Source: a virus
Taxonomy: Duplodnaviria; Caudoviricetes
DNA length: 60,996 nt
Strand: one strand, 5' to 3'
Virus record (IMG/VR): IMGVR_UViG_3300026512_000014
Span: 1 to 60,996 of that record
The translations under genes and the position numbers were made by a program. Positions 8,424 through 16,452 of this stretch are shown in pieces (the first letter of the stretch is position 1; each line of letters starts with the position of its first letter). The notes below the pieces were generated by a model. That model was not told where the DNA came from, ran no database searches, and saw only the letters and a program-made list of their open reading frames with translations.

Positions 8424-8623
8424 CATAAGCGTCATCTGAGACACACTCATGCACACGCACACATCAGTGTTAACTTATAGTCATACGTGCACGTGCACGT
8501 TGTCTCCGTGATGCAATGCTTGCGTATACTTAAACAACTTGGGCATTGCAATCCCCTCAAAAACGGGGTTATTTTAATAAGCCCAATACGCAATCCTCTC
8601 ATAAACGAGGTAAACGTACACGC
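8424..8623 (-). ncRNA. Structured RNA element, copy 2, with an internal duplication of the small hairpin
   Basis: Colinear with 7100-7260; closing stem 8492-8501 with 8613-8622; contains both CCTCGTTTATGAGAGG and CCCCGTTTTTGAGGGG. Confidence 0.65.
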
Positions 8624-8634
8624 CAAGAGTTATA

Positions 8635-8698
8635 TATATAACTCCACTATATATCACCATATCAATTAAGATATAATGATACATAATGGAACTATATA
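8635..8698 (-). other. Long hairpin, 29-bp stem with G.U pairs
   Basis: Arms 8635-8663 and 8670-8698; shares ATAGTGGAGTTATATAT with the hairpin at 5861. Confidence 0.85.
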
Positions 8699-8701
8699 AA
8701 T

Positions 8702-8722
8702 AAAAAGGGGGCCGAAGCCCCC
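8702..8722 (-). terminator. Intrinsic terminator with UUCG loop
   Basis: GGGGGC-TTCG-GCCCCC-TTTTT. Confidence 0.9.
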
Positions 8723-8741
8723 AACAAAAAACACAAATTAA

Positions 8742-9071
8742 TTATGCACCTAAAACACCCAAAACATCATAAACATAAGGAGACATAATGTTTTGGTTCC
8801 ACGAGTTGCAAATAGCAATTGCAACTTGTGTCGCAGAAAAACCACTTGTTCTACTATTGTTATTAATTAACTCCATAACACTATCAACTCCTTTTTCAAA
8901 AACAATATTAAGAAGCGCATCATGTTCCTTATCAACATACGCTTCAAATTCTTCTTTTGTTCCTATAAACCAATCATAGGAACAAAAAGTATCTGTAATA
9001 ATAACATCACCATTCTCATCAACTTCGGTAATCCAATCTTCTACATAAAAAACAAAAATTTTCTTTTTCAT
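8742..9071 (-). CDS. Early hypothetical protein, acidic paralogue family
   Basis: AAGGAG SD; KIFVF..NGD..WFIGTKEEF..SATQVAIAI..VLG. Confidence 0.85.
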   Translation of the reverse strand: MKKKIFVFYVEDWITEVDENGDVIITDTFCSYDWFIGTKEEFEAYVDKEHDALLNIVFEKGVDSVMELINNNSRTSGFSATQVAIAICNSWNQNIMSPYVYDVLGVLGA

Positions 9072-9170
9072 AATAAATCTCCTTTTCCTCTTTTAATTTA
9101 TTCTGTTAATAAACCAAAAAACCAATAACCGCACATAATTAATATCTATCACCTCCCTTCTATATAAATA

Positions 9171-9231
9171 TTTACTTAATATCTTAATTATGTATTACCA
9201 AAAATAATACATAACTAAAACATTAAATAAA
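9171..9231 (-). other. Long hairpin, 27-bp stem with G.U pairs
   Basis: Arms 9171-9197 and 9205-9231; four mismatches, all G.U on the minus strand. Confidence 0.8.
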
Positions 9232-9250
9232 AAAGGGCCCCGAAGGGCCC
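9229..9250 (-). terminator. Intrinsic terminator with UUCG loop
   Basis: GGGCCC-TTCG-GGGCCC-TTTTTT. Confidence 0.9.
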
Positions 9251-9277
9251 AACGGAAATACTAATGTTAATAAAAAA

Positions 9278-9778
9278 TTATCTTAATTTTGCTGAATTTG
9301 CACCGCAAAATAAAGAAAGATGATTAATAACATACTTCTCATCGAGAACATCATAATGCTCCGATACACTGTGAATGAATTCACATTCACCTAAAAATTG
9401 TGCCCAATAAGTAGTTCCTCCGCTTTTACATTTTACATAGAGTCTGTTATCATCCTCAATCTTAATATCGTTCTCAATTCTTTGGATAAACTTATCATAT
9501 CTAACCGCAAATTTTGGGATAGTATGTCCAGGACTCCAAAGGTCTCCAGAAATTCTTTCCGAAATAATCACATACTCTCCCGTAGGGTCATATCCTACTG
9601 TACCATTACCAATTTCTCTGCAATCAATGTTTGACAAGCACATTATTTCGTGCTTGTTTGCGTCTTCAATTTTAATCTCGTCAGTCTGAGACAAATCTAT
9701 AAGATTTGTCCTGAAAATATTCTTCAACATTTTCTCTACTTTACCCGCATACTTTTCAATATAAAACACGCTTAACAT
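9278..9778 (-). CDS. Early hypothetical protein (166 aa), first gene of the leftward block
   Basis: AAGGAG SD; terminator downstream. Confidence 0.85.
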   Translation of the reverse strand: MLSVFYIEKYAGKVEKMLKNIFRTNLIDLSQTDEIKIEDANKHEIMCLSNIDCREIGNGTVGYDPTGEYVIISERISGDLWSPGHTIPKFAVRYDKFIQRIENDIKIEDDNRLYVKCKSGGTTYWAQFLGECEFIHSVSEHYDVLDEKYVINHLSLFCGANSAKLR

Positions 9779-9929
9779 AATAATCTCCTTTTTTTATTTT
9801 TTAGTATAAATATTTATATACCGCCTTATACCAGAGCGGTTAATAATAAAGTTAATATAAACAACCCCATGCCGCACATCTTTCTCTTTCTTATCACCTC
9901 CTTTCTTTCTGCCCATTTGGTTAATAACA

Positions 9930-9977
9930 CAGGGGGGGTGGGCAAATCCCCCTGGGACTCCACCTTTTGACGAGTCC
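9930..9977. other. GC-rich tandem hairpins at the divergence point
   Basis: CAGGGGG..CCCCCTG (9930-9954) abutting GGACTC..GAGTCC (9955-9977). Confidence 0.55.
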
Positions 9978-9978
9978 T

Positions 9979-10090
9979 ACACATATACCTCTGCTTCTGT
10001 TTGTGTATTCTTATATTTACACACATACTCCTATCTCTGCTTATGTTCACACATATACCTCTGCCTATATTTGCATACACCTCTATATCT
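9979..10090. repeat. Short imperfect direct repeats ACACATATACCTCTGC
   Basis: Exact copies near 9979 and 10048, with degenerate copies near 10021 and 10073. Confidence 0.7.
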
Positions 10091-10328
10091 TTGTGTTTTA
10101 TATTTTTATATTTTTTAAAAAAGAGTGCGGCATTTCCCTATATCCCCTTTCTTTTTTCCTTAAAAGTTGGTTTTAATATATTTCTCTTTGGTACCAAATA
10201 TAAACTTATATATAAAACATTTCCCCAAAGAAAAAAGGTTATAGAAAAAAGAAACATATGTTAATATATATATGTTGGTTATATATATTAACTGATTTAT
10301 TTTAAAAAAACATTCCACGGAGGTATTA

Positions 10329-10727
10329 ATGGTTAATTTAGAAGAAGTAAGGGACAATATTGTTATGGTACAGGTACTGGGTGGGCAGCCTATTATTGGT
10401 GTACTTGAAGACAGCAATGGTGTATATAATAATATGGATGCGATAGTGTTAAAATATGCTGTTATGTTTCAAACTCATATAGGTGAAGACAAACAAATGA
10501 GTTTTGTACCTGTTAAGTTAAGTAGTTTATGTAAAGAGGATGCTGAATATTTTATTAACAAAAGTCATATTATATTTATTACCGGTGATTTGGATGATGA
10601 AATTATTGATTACTATATTGATATGTTTAAGATATTAACAGGTGAATCAAGTTCGTCTTATGATGCTGATACTGCAGAAGAAGTTAAGGAAGATGATAAT
10701 ATTATTAAACTTAACAGTGAGAAATAA
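10329..10727 (+). CDS. Hypothetical protein (small beta-rich domain, acidic tail)
   Basis: GGAGGT SD; 132 aa. Confidence 0.8.
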   Translation: MVNLEEVRDNIVMVQVLGGQPIIGVLEDSNGVYNNMDAIVLKYAVMFQTHIGEDKQMSFVPVKLSSLCKEDAEYFINKSHIIFITGDLDDEIIDYYIDMFKILTGESSSSYDADTAEEVKEDDNIIKLNSEK

Positions 10728-10771
10728 TTATAATATATAGTTGAAAATGATTATGAGGAGTATATATATTA

Positions 10772-11392
10772 ATGGATAGATTCACGCCTGCAATAAATAA
10801 TCAAGGGATAACTGATAAGAATTACACTATATATAAATTCGGCACTGATGCCAAAATGTATATTGACGGGTTTTATATTAAAGAAGCAAATGCTATTATG
10901 TATAGAGAACATATAGACAGATTGCCTTACTTTGGTTATGACAGTCAATACTTTGATTATATATTAGAAGGCAGAAGTTATGTTTCAGGAACTATCGGAT
11001 TTAATGTATATACTCCTCAAGTATTTTATAAGATATTAAAAGCGCTTGGATATGATTATTATGTTTATAAAGAAAATAGCAAAGATAAAAGTCAATTAGA
11101 TGTATATTTTGATTCACAAGGTGAAGAAGAAATTATTGACATAATATTAAGTCAGGATTATAGTAAACCCAATGATGACTACGAAGATTTTACTTTACCG
11201 CCTAAATATTTTGATATTAGATTAGTAATACAAAATGAATTTGAAGAAATAGAACACGTGTTACTTATTAAAGATGTATATATATTAGGAATGCAAACTG
11301 CTTATAGTAAAGATGACCAGGTTATAGAGTTTTATAATTTTATTGCTAAAAGAATAAGTTCAACTGTTTATAAGGAGGGCGAATGGATATAG
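10772..11392 (+). CDS. Tail-tube-like virion protein
   Basis: Same pattern as 33409 and 34223 (G.D.K..., GR..VSGTI, FDI.., IKDV.I...Y.FIA). Confidence 0.6.
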   Translation: MDRFTPAINNQGITDKNYTIYKFGTDAKMYIDGFYIKEANAIMYREHIDRLPYFGYDSQYFDYILEGRSYVSGTIGFNVYTPQVFYKILKALGYDYYVYKENSKDKSQLDVYFDSQGEEEIIDIILSQDYSKPNDDYEDFTLPPKYFDIRLVIQNEFEEIEHVLLIKDVYILGMQTAYSKDDQVIEFYNFIAKRISSTVYKEGEWI

Positions 11393-12105
11393 TTCAAAAA
11401 GATATTTATGAAGAAATGATATTGAAAAGCAGAAGCATATATATTACAAATAATATTACAATGGAAAATATGATTGAAGCAAAATTATTATTTGATAGGT
11501 ATAGAATGTTAAGCAATAAAGCGCCTATTCATATATATATTAATAGTCCTGGTGGAGAAGTTAATGCCGCATTTATGCTTGTTAATGATATTGTCTTACA
11601 TGATGTTCCTGTAATCACATATAACATAGGAGAAGCGGATAGTGCAGCGTCATTTATATTTATAAGCGGTAATACAAGAATTATGTATCCTCATAGTTCT
11701 ATTATGATGCATTCAGTAAGGGCAAACCCATATGGCACCACTACTAATATTAAACAATATACAAGTTTTCTTCATAAACTTGATGAATATATAATTAAGT
11801 TTATTAAAACACATACATTGCTTGATGATGAAACCATACATGATATAGTTGTTAATAATAAGGAACATTATTGGGTTGGTGATGAAGCAATAGAATATGG
11901 TCTTGCAGACCAACTATATCTTGGAACTGATTTTGTAGAACCCATATGTTCTGATAGGTCTGAATTTCATTTTGCATATTTAATAGATGAAGAAAAAGAA
12001 AGTGGAGATAATAATAGAGCAAACAAATTAAGAGAGGAATATTATAATGTCTCAATTAAAAGACATAGCAAAATTAAAAAAAGAAATACTAAAAAAGACA
12101 AATAA
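11383..12105 (+). CDS. clpP: ClpP-family serine protease
   Basis: YINSPGG, GEADSAAS (catalytic Ser), IMMH (His), EAIEYGLAD. Confidence 0.9.
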   Translation: MDIVQKDIYEEMILKSRSIYITNNITMENMIEAKLLFDRYRMLSNKAPIHIYINSPGGEVNAAFMLVNDIVLHDVPVITYNIGEADSAASFIFISGNTRIMYPHSSIMMHSVRANPYGTTTNIKQYTSFLHKLDEYIIKFIKTHTLLDDETIHDIVVNNKEHYWVGDEAIEYGLADQLYLGTDFVEPICSDRSEFHFAYLIDEEKESGDNNRANKLREEYYNVSIKRHSKIKKRNTKKDK

Positions 12106-12796
12106 ATTTAATGCAAAAGAGGCTCTTTCAAATCTTGATAAGATAACGGAAGAGCCGTCTTTCCTTGATATAACAGAAGAAGAAAAAAATAATATTAAAA
12201 GAAAATTTGCAAGAATAAAACATGGCGCAAGTGTTAATACAATATTAATATGTCCAGGCAATGATAAATGTCCTCATTGGGAATCATGCCCATATAAAAA
12301 CATAAATGATTTTCACAAAATAATAGGACAGAAATGTCCTGTTGAAACTGAACTATTTGTTGAAATTGTTAAAAAAATGACAGAAGAATATGGGGTTGAA
12401 TCAACGGATTATATTGTATATAACCTTATATTGGAATATGCAGAACTTGAAATATTAGACATGAGAGTTAGTAATTATCTTGCTGACGCTAATAAAGGGA
12501 AACTTATTAAAAGAGAAATTACAGGTATGTCAGAACAAGGACCTATATTTGCAGATGAAATTAATAAGGCTCTTGATATTAAGAATAGTTTAAGTAATAG
12601 AAAAAAGAAAATACTTGATGAGATAATATTAACACCTAAGGGGAAAATTAAAGCAAGAAGTATAACCAAAGGTGTTGATAATGAATTGCAGAAGTATAAG
12701 GAATTCATTAAAACAATGGCTTCTAAATTTGTTGATACAAGCGAATCGCTTGAACTTAATGAAGTTATTGATGCAGAGATAATAGATGAAGAATGA
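12047..12796 (+). CDS. Cys-rich helical protein; possible terminase small subunit
   Basis: CPGNDKCPHWESCP...CPVE cluster, helical middle, acidic end. The TerS role is inferred from size and architecture only. Confidence 0.55.
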   Translation: MSQLKDIAKLKKEILKKTNKFNAKEALSNLDKITEEPSFLDITEEEKNNIKRKFARIKHGASVNTILICPGNDKCPHWESCPYKNINDFHKIIGQKCPVETELFVEIVKKMTEEYGVESTDYIVYNLILEYAELEILDMRVSNYLADANKGKLIKREITGMSEQGPIFADEINKALDIKNSLSNRKKKILDEIILTPKGKIKARSITKGVDNELQKYKEFIKTMASKFVDTSESLELNEVIDAEIIDEE

Positions 12797-14960
12797 TTTA
12801 TGGAAAAGGCTATTAGAATTTATTAATGAAATAAGCCGTGAAGGATACGATGTAAATAATATTGTGTCAAAAGCGGTTTCATTTGACTATGAAATTGTAA
12901 TTAAAGATATTAAAGAGTTAAACAAAACACATATTGCTGTTTCATTCGGTATGTCTAAAAGTACAGGTGAAAATGTACGTATATTGACACCTCAAATGCT
13001 TCTTGACACTGACAAGGGAATAAATGCATTATATAGAGAACAAAAGTTAGAAGAAATGTCTTTGTCAAGAGAAGATATTATTGTTAAGAGACGTATTAGA
13101 AAAACATTGTCTGAAAGATTTGATTATATGGTTAAAAAGAGTCGGTTAGATAATATAGATGAAATTGAAAAAATTTTGAAAGGTAAAGGGAAATATAATA
13201 TAGAAGAAATACATAAAGATGTTAAAGATATATTAAATTATTTTGATGAATCTGATTTTGCAAGAAAAATGTCACATGATGTTACATCTGATTTCGGTAT
13301 TGCTTATAGAAATATTAAAGAACTTGATGAACTTATCCAAGAATTTAAAGAAACTAAAAGTAGCGATGTAGCAAAACAAATTGCTAAAAGATTTAGTGTG
13401 TTTAATACAACAGAAGAACATGTTAATGCAATACTTGACATGTTTAATAACCAAATTATATCTGCACATAATATTAACTTTGATGCTAATTACTTATTTA
13501 ATATAGTAGAAAGTTATATTGAAATGCATGGACTTGATGAAACAAGTGATGTGGTCAAGAAATATAATAAAATGAAAGAGATATTTAAGAGGTCTCATAT
13601 TCCTGACATAGGTGATAAAATATTTACATCAGATATAAGTTATTATAAACCTATACTTGAAAAACAAATAGAATTACTTAAGGCAGCAAAAGGCGGAGAA
13701 CCTGTTGTAATAGATACACTTACATTTATGAGAAGTTTAATATCGTATTATACAAAAGGGGAAGTTGATGCATTAAGCGCAGGTTTTAAACTTGAAGATA
13801 TTGCAAGTATATTTTTTAATAAACAGGTTAAAGTGGATGCATTGCATAATGCAACTGTTGACGCAGAATTAACAGCAATGTTAACTGATTTATTCGTTGA
13901 TGAATTTGGCAGTAAAGAAATAAACACAGCAGAAGAAATGATTGAAGCAATTAAGGCAAATCCAAAACTTAATAGATTATTTTTACGTTTTATAGAAAAT
14001 ACAAAAACAATAAGCAATATTAATGCACTTATCAAATTATTTGATACAAGTGTTATATCAAATCCACAAGTGCTTAAAGCAATGGATTTATATATTACTG
14101 ATGTATCAAAAAGTACAATTACTGGATGGGAATTTGTTGCTGAAAAAATTAAAGGCAATAAAGAAGCAGAAGATATTATTAAAAATATACTTAACCAGGA
14201 AGGGTATAAAATAAATATAAAAAATATCCCCGAAGAATTAATGAATGAAATATATAAACAAAAACTTTACGAAATATTAAGACTTGACACAACCTCACCA
14301 GAGAAAATTGAAGAATGGATTAAAACAATTTCACAAATGGTTGGTGGTGAATATAATGTTAAAGTGTATGATACATTTCATATGGATATAAAGCGATTTC
14401 AGGAATGGCTTAAACAAAACAAAAAAATTTCATTTCATGAATTTATGTTAAATACAGAAAAGGAAGCAAGAGATACTGTTATAAGAGATTTTATTAAACA
14501 GGAAACAAATGCAAAAGTTGGTGGATTTGTAGATAAATCTGTCTATTCAATGAAAGAAATAGGAAAATTGCTTAAAGAAAACCCAGGGAAAACAGCACTT
14601 GCCGTTATGACAGTTGCACTGCTTGGGAGTGCATATTATACTATAACAAAAGATGAAGACGAAGTTGTAGCAGGTGAAGAAGAAGATAAATTATCATTTG
14701 TTGAAAAAAAGATTATAGAAAATAGAAATGAAAAATTTGATAAAGATTTATATAAACTTAAAAAAGAAGAAGAAAAAAATGCTGAATTATACGAGTTTTT
14801 AAGAACAGGCAAAGTGCAAGGCAACCCAGATGTTTTCTTTTATAAAATAAGACCAAGTGCAACATACTTAAAAACTCATAAGAAATATGCACGTATTGAC
14901 CCGATTAAAATATATAGAAAAAGAAATAGACATAAGTTTGTATACCCGGAGGAAATATAA
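12786..14960 (+). CDS. Large DEDDh 3'-5' exonuclease-domain protein with a C-terminal hydrophobic helix
   Basis: ExoI SFDYE, ExoII SAHNINFD, IDTL, ExoIII LHNATVDA; hydrophobic segment TALAVMTVALLGSAYY. Confidence 0.75.
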   Translation: MKNDLWKRLLEFINEISREGYDVNNIVSKAVSFDYEIVIKDIKELNKTHIAVSFGMSKSTGENVRILTPQMLLDTDKGINALYREQKLEEMSLSREDIIVKRRIRKTLSERFDYMVKKSRLDNIDEIEKILKGKGKYNIEEIHKDVKDILNYFDESDFARKMSHDVTSDFGIAYRNIKELDELIQEFKETKSSDVAKQIAKRFSVFNTTEEHVNAILDMFNNQIISAHNINFDANYLFNIVESYIEMHGLDETSDVVKKYNKMKEIFKRSHIPDIGDKIFTSDISYYKPILEKQIELLKAAKGGEPVVIDTLTFMRSLISYYTKGEVDALSAGFKLEDIASIFFNKQVKVDALHNATVDAELTAMLTDLFVDEFGSKEINTAEEMIEAIKANPKLNRLFLRFIENTKTISNINALIKLFDTSVISNPQVLKAMDLYITDVSKSTITGWEFVAEKIKGNKEAEDIIKNILNQEGYKINIKNIPEELMNEIYKQKLYEILRLDTTSPEKIEEWIKTISQMVGGEYNVKVYDTFHMDIKRFQEWLKQNKKISFHEFMLNTEKEARDTVIRDFIKQETNAKVGGFVDKSVYSMKEIGKLLKENPGKTALAVMTVALLGSAYYTITKDEDEVVAGEEEDKLSFVEKKIIENRNEKFDKDLYKLKKEEEKNAELYEFLRTGKVQGNPDVFFYKIRPSATYLKTHKKYARIDPIKIYRKRNRHKFVYPEEI

Positions 14961-16037
14961 ATGTTTGGCCAAGATTTTAAACAAAAAGCAAAGGCAAAGG
15001 CAAAAGACTGGACAACAAAAAGTGTTGATTATACATATAATAAAATTAGAAATATACCAAATGCATCTTTAAAACTTATAGGAAGACCAATTAGTATAAA
15101 AAATTATAATAAATTTATAACAGATTTAAACAAAACTGCACCTCATTTATCATTTACAGAAAAGTTTGACGATGTTATTAAAAATCAAGATAAAATATTA
15201 GAAGAAGTTAGAAAAAATGAAAATTTCAAAAAAGCAGGTGTTACTGCAGAAAAAGTTAAAGATTATATATCATATGCCGAAAGACTAAAAGAACATGGAT
15301 TTGATATATCAAAACCGTTTACAAGAGAATACCTCGGTTATCATGTTGGAACGGGAATTTATCAAATAGGCAAAAGAACTGTTGAGTATACAACAGGTGG
15401 ATTATATGGAATGCCAAAAATTAATTATCAACAATTAACATCCCAAGATTTAAAGAAGTTGCCATTAATAAGTAGAAAATTATCACAATGGTTAGGTAAA
15501 AAAACTGTTATAGATGAAGGTGAAAAAGTTATTGAGTATTCACTTGATAAACCATGGAAACGTGGTATTGTAAAAGGTTCAAGAATTCTATCATCAAAAT
15601 TATTACCATTTGCATTTGCAGGTCTCGAAACATATTTAGCAAAAAAAGAAAAAAAGATAGATACATCTCATACATTACCATATTTATTTACAAAAACAGC
15701 ACATAGTGCATTGTCATTTGCTGCATTTGAAATAGCAGCGGCGGCTGCCCCATTTACAGGTGGTCTTTCACTTGCAGTTGGTATTGCCGCTGGTGTTGCA
15801 ATAGATTCTGTATTAGACTTGGCATTCACACCAATAGAAAAAACTCTTGAATATGATTCTTTTGCAGTATCAAAATATAATCAATTAAGAATGTATAACT
15901 TTGCTATGCCTATTATGGATAATCAAGATATGGCAACAATGAGACAAAGGTCATTACAAGCAATACAAAGGTCTCATATGAGTGCAAGACAATTTGTTCT
16001 TGGTAATGAGGCAAATTTGTTAGCGCATAGTTTATAA
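14961..16037 (+). CDS. Hypothetical virion protein with an Ala/Gly-rich hydrophobic hairpin
   Basis: AAFEIAAAAAPFTGGLSLAVGIAAGVAI; basic N-terminus. Confidence 0.75.
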   Translation: MFGQDFKQKAKAKAKDWTTKSVDYTYNKIRNIPNASLKLIGRPISIKNYNKFITDLNKTAPHLSFTEKFDDVIKNQDKILEEVRKNENFKKAGVTAEKVKDYISYAERLKEHGFDISKPFTREYLGYHVGTGIYQIGKRTVEYTTGGLYGMPKINYQQLTSQDLKKLPLISRKLSQWLGKKTVIDEGEKVIEYSLDKPWKRGIVKGSRILSSKLLPFAFAGLETYLAKKEKKIDTSHTLPYLFTKTAHSALSFAAFEIAAAAAPFTGGLSLAVGIAAGVAIDSVLDLAFTPIEKTLEYDSFAVSKYNQLRMYNFAMPIMDNQDMATMRQRSLQAIQRSHMSARQFVLGNEANLLAHSL

Positions 16038-16066
16038 TATATAATATATGAGAAGGGAGATTTATT

Positions 16067-16444
16067 ATGATATCAACATCTCAATTATACAAATCATATG
16101 AATGGGCCAAAAGAAACAGCACAGAAATGTGGCAAAATATTATGCAAAAAAGAATGGGAATGGCAGGGGCACTTGGTTCATCAAATAAATTTGCTGCATT
16201 AACAGCAGGATTTATAGGTGGCGGAACACCAATAAACACTTCTAAAGTTGCTTCAGAATTCGTTAACACTGGATTGGTTAAAACAGGTTCAACTGAATTG
16301 GCATTGTTAGAAAAAGCAAGCAATACAGGATTATTAAAGAAAGGTGCATTTATTGCTGCAAGCGCAGCGGCAGTTGCAATTGGTGCAGCGATATTATCAA
16401 AAGTGCATGAAGATAGACAAAGATATACTAATAGAATGAGATAG
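16067..16444 (+). CDS. Small Ala/Gly-rich protein with a hydrophobic C-terminal helix
   Basis: GAFIAASAAAVAIGAAIL; AAGGGAG SD. Confidence 0.75.
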   Translation: MISTSQLYKSYEWAKRNSTEMWQNIMQKRMGMAGALGSSNKFAALTAGFIGGGTPINTSKVASEFVNTGLVKTGSTELALLEKASNTGLLKKGAFIAASAAAVAIGAAILSKVHEDRQRYTNRMR

Positions 16445-16452
16445 GAGATATA

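Noticed and set aside
5861-9231. Integron attC sites
   Set aside because: No consistent RYYYAAC/GTTRRRY ends or extrahelical bases, folding is favoured on the coding strand, and there is no integrase in the window
9826-10417. ORFs 9826-10080, 9967-10176, 10001-10264 and 10160-10417
   Set aside because: They span repeats and low-complexity intergenic DNA and lack SDs; only the 17-codon tail of 9826-10080 remains a weak possibility
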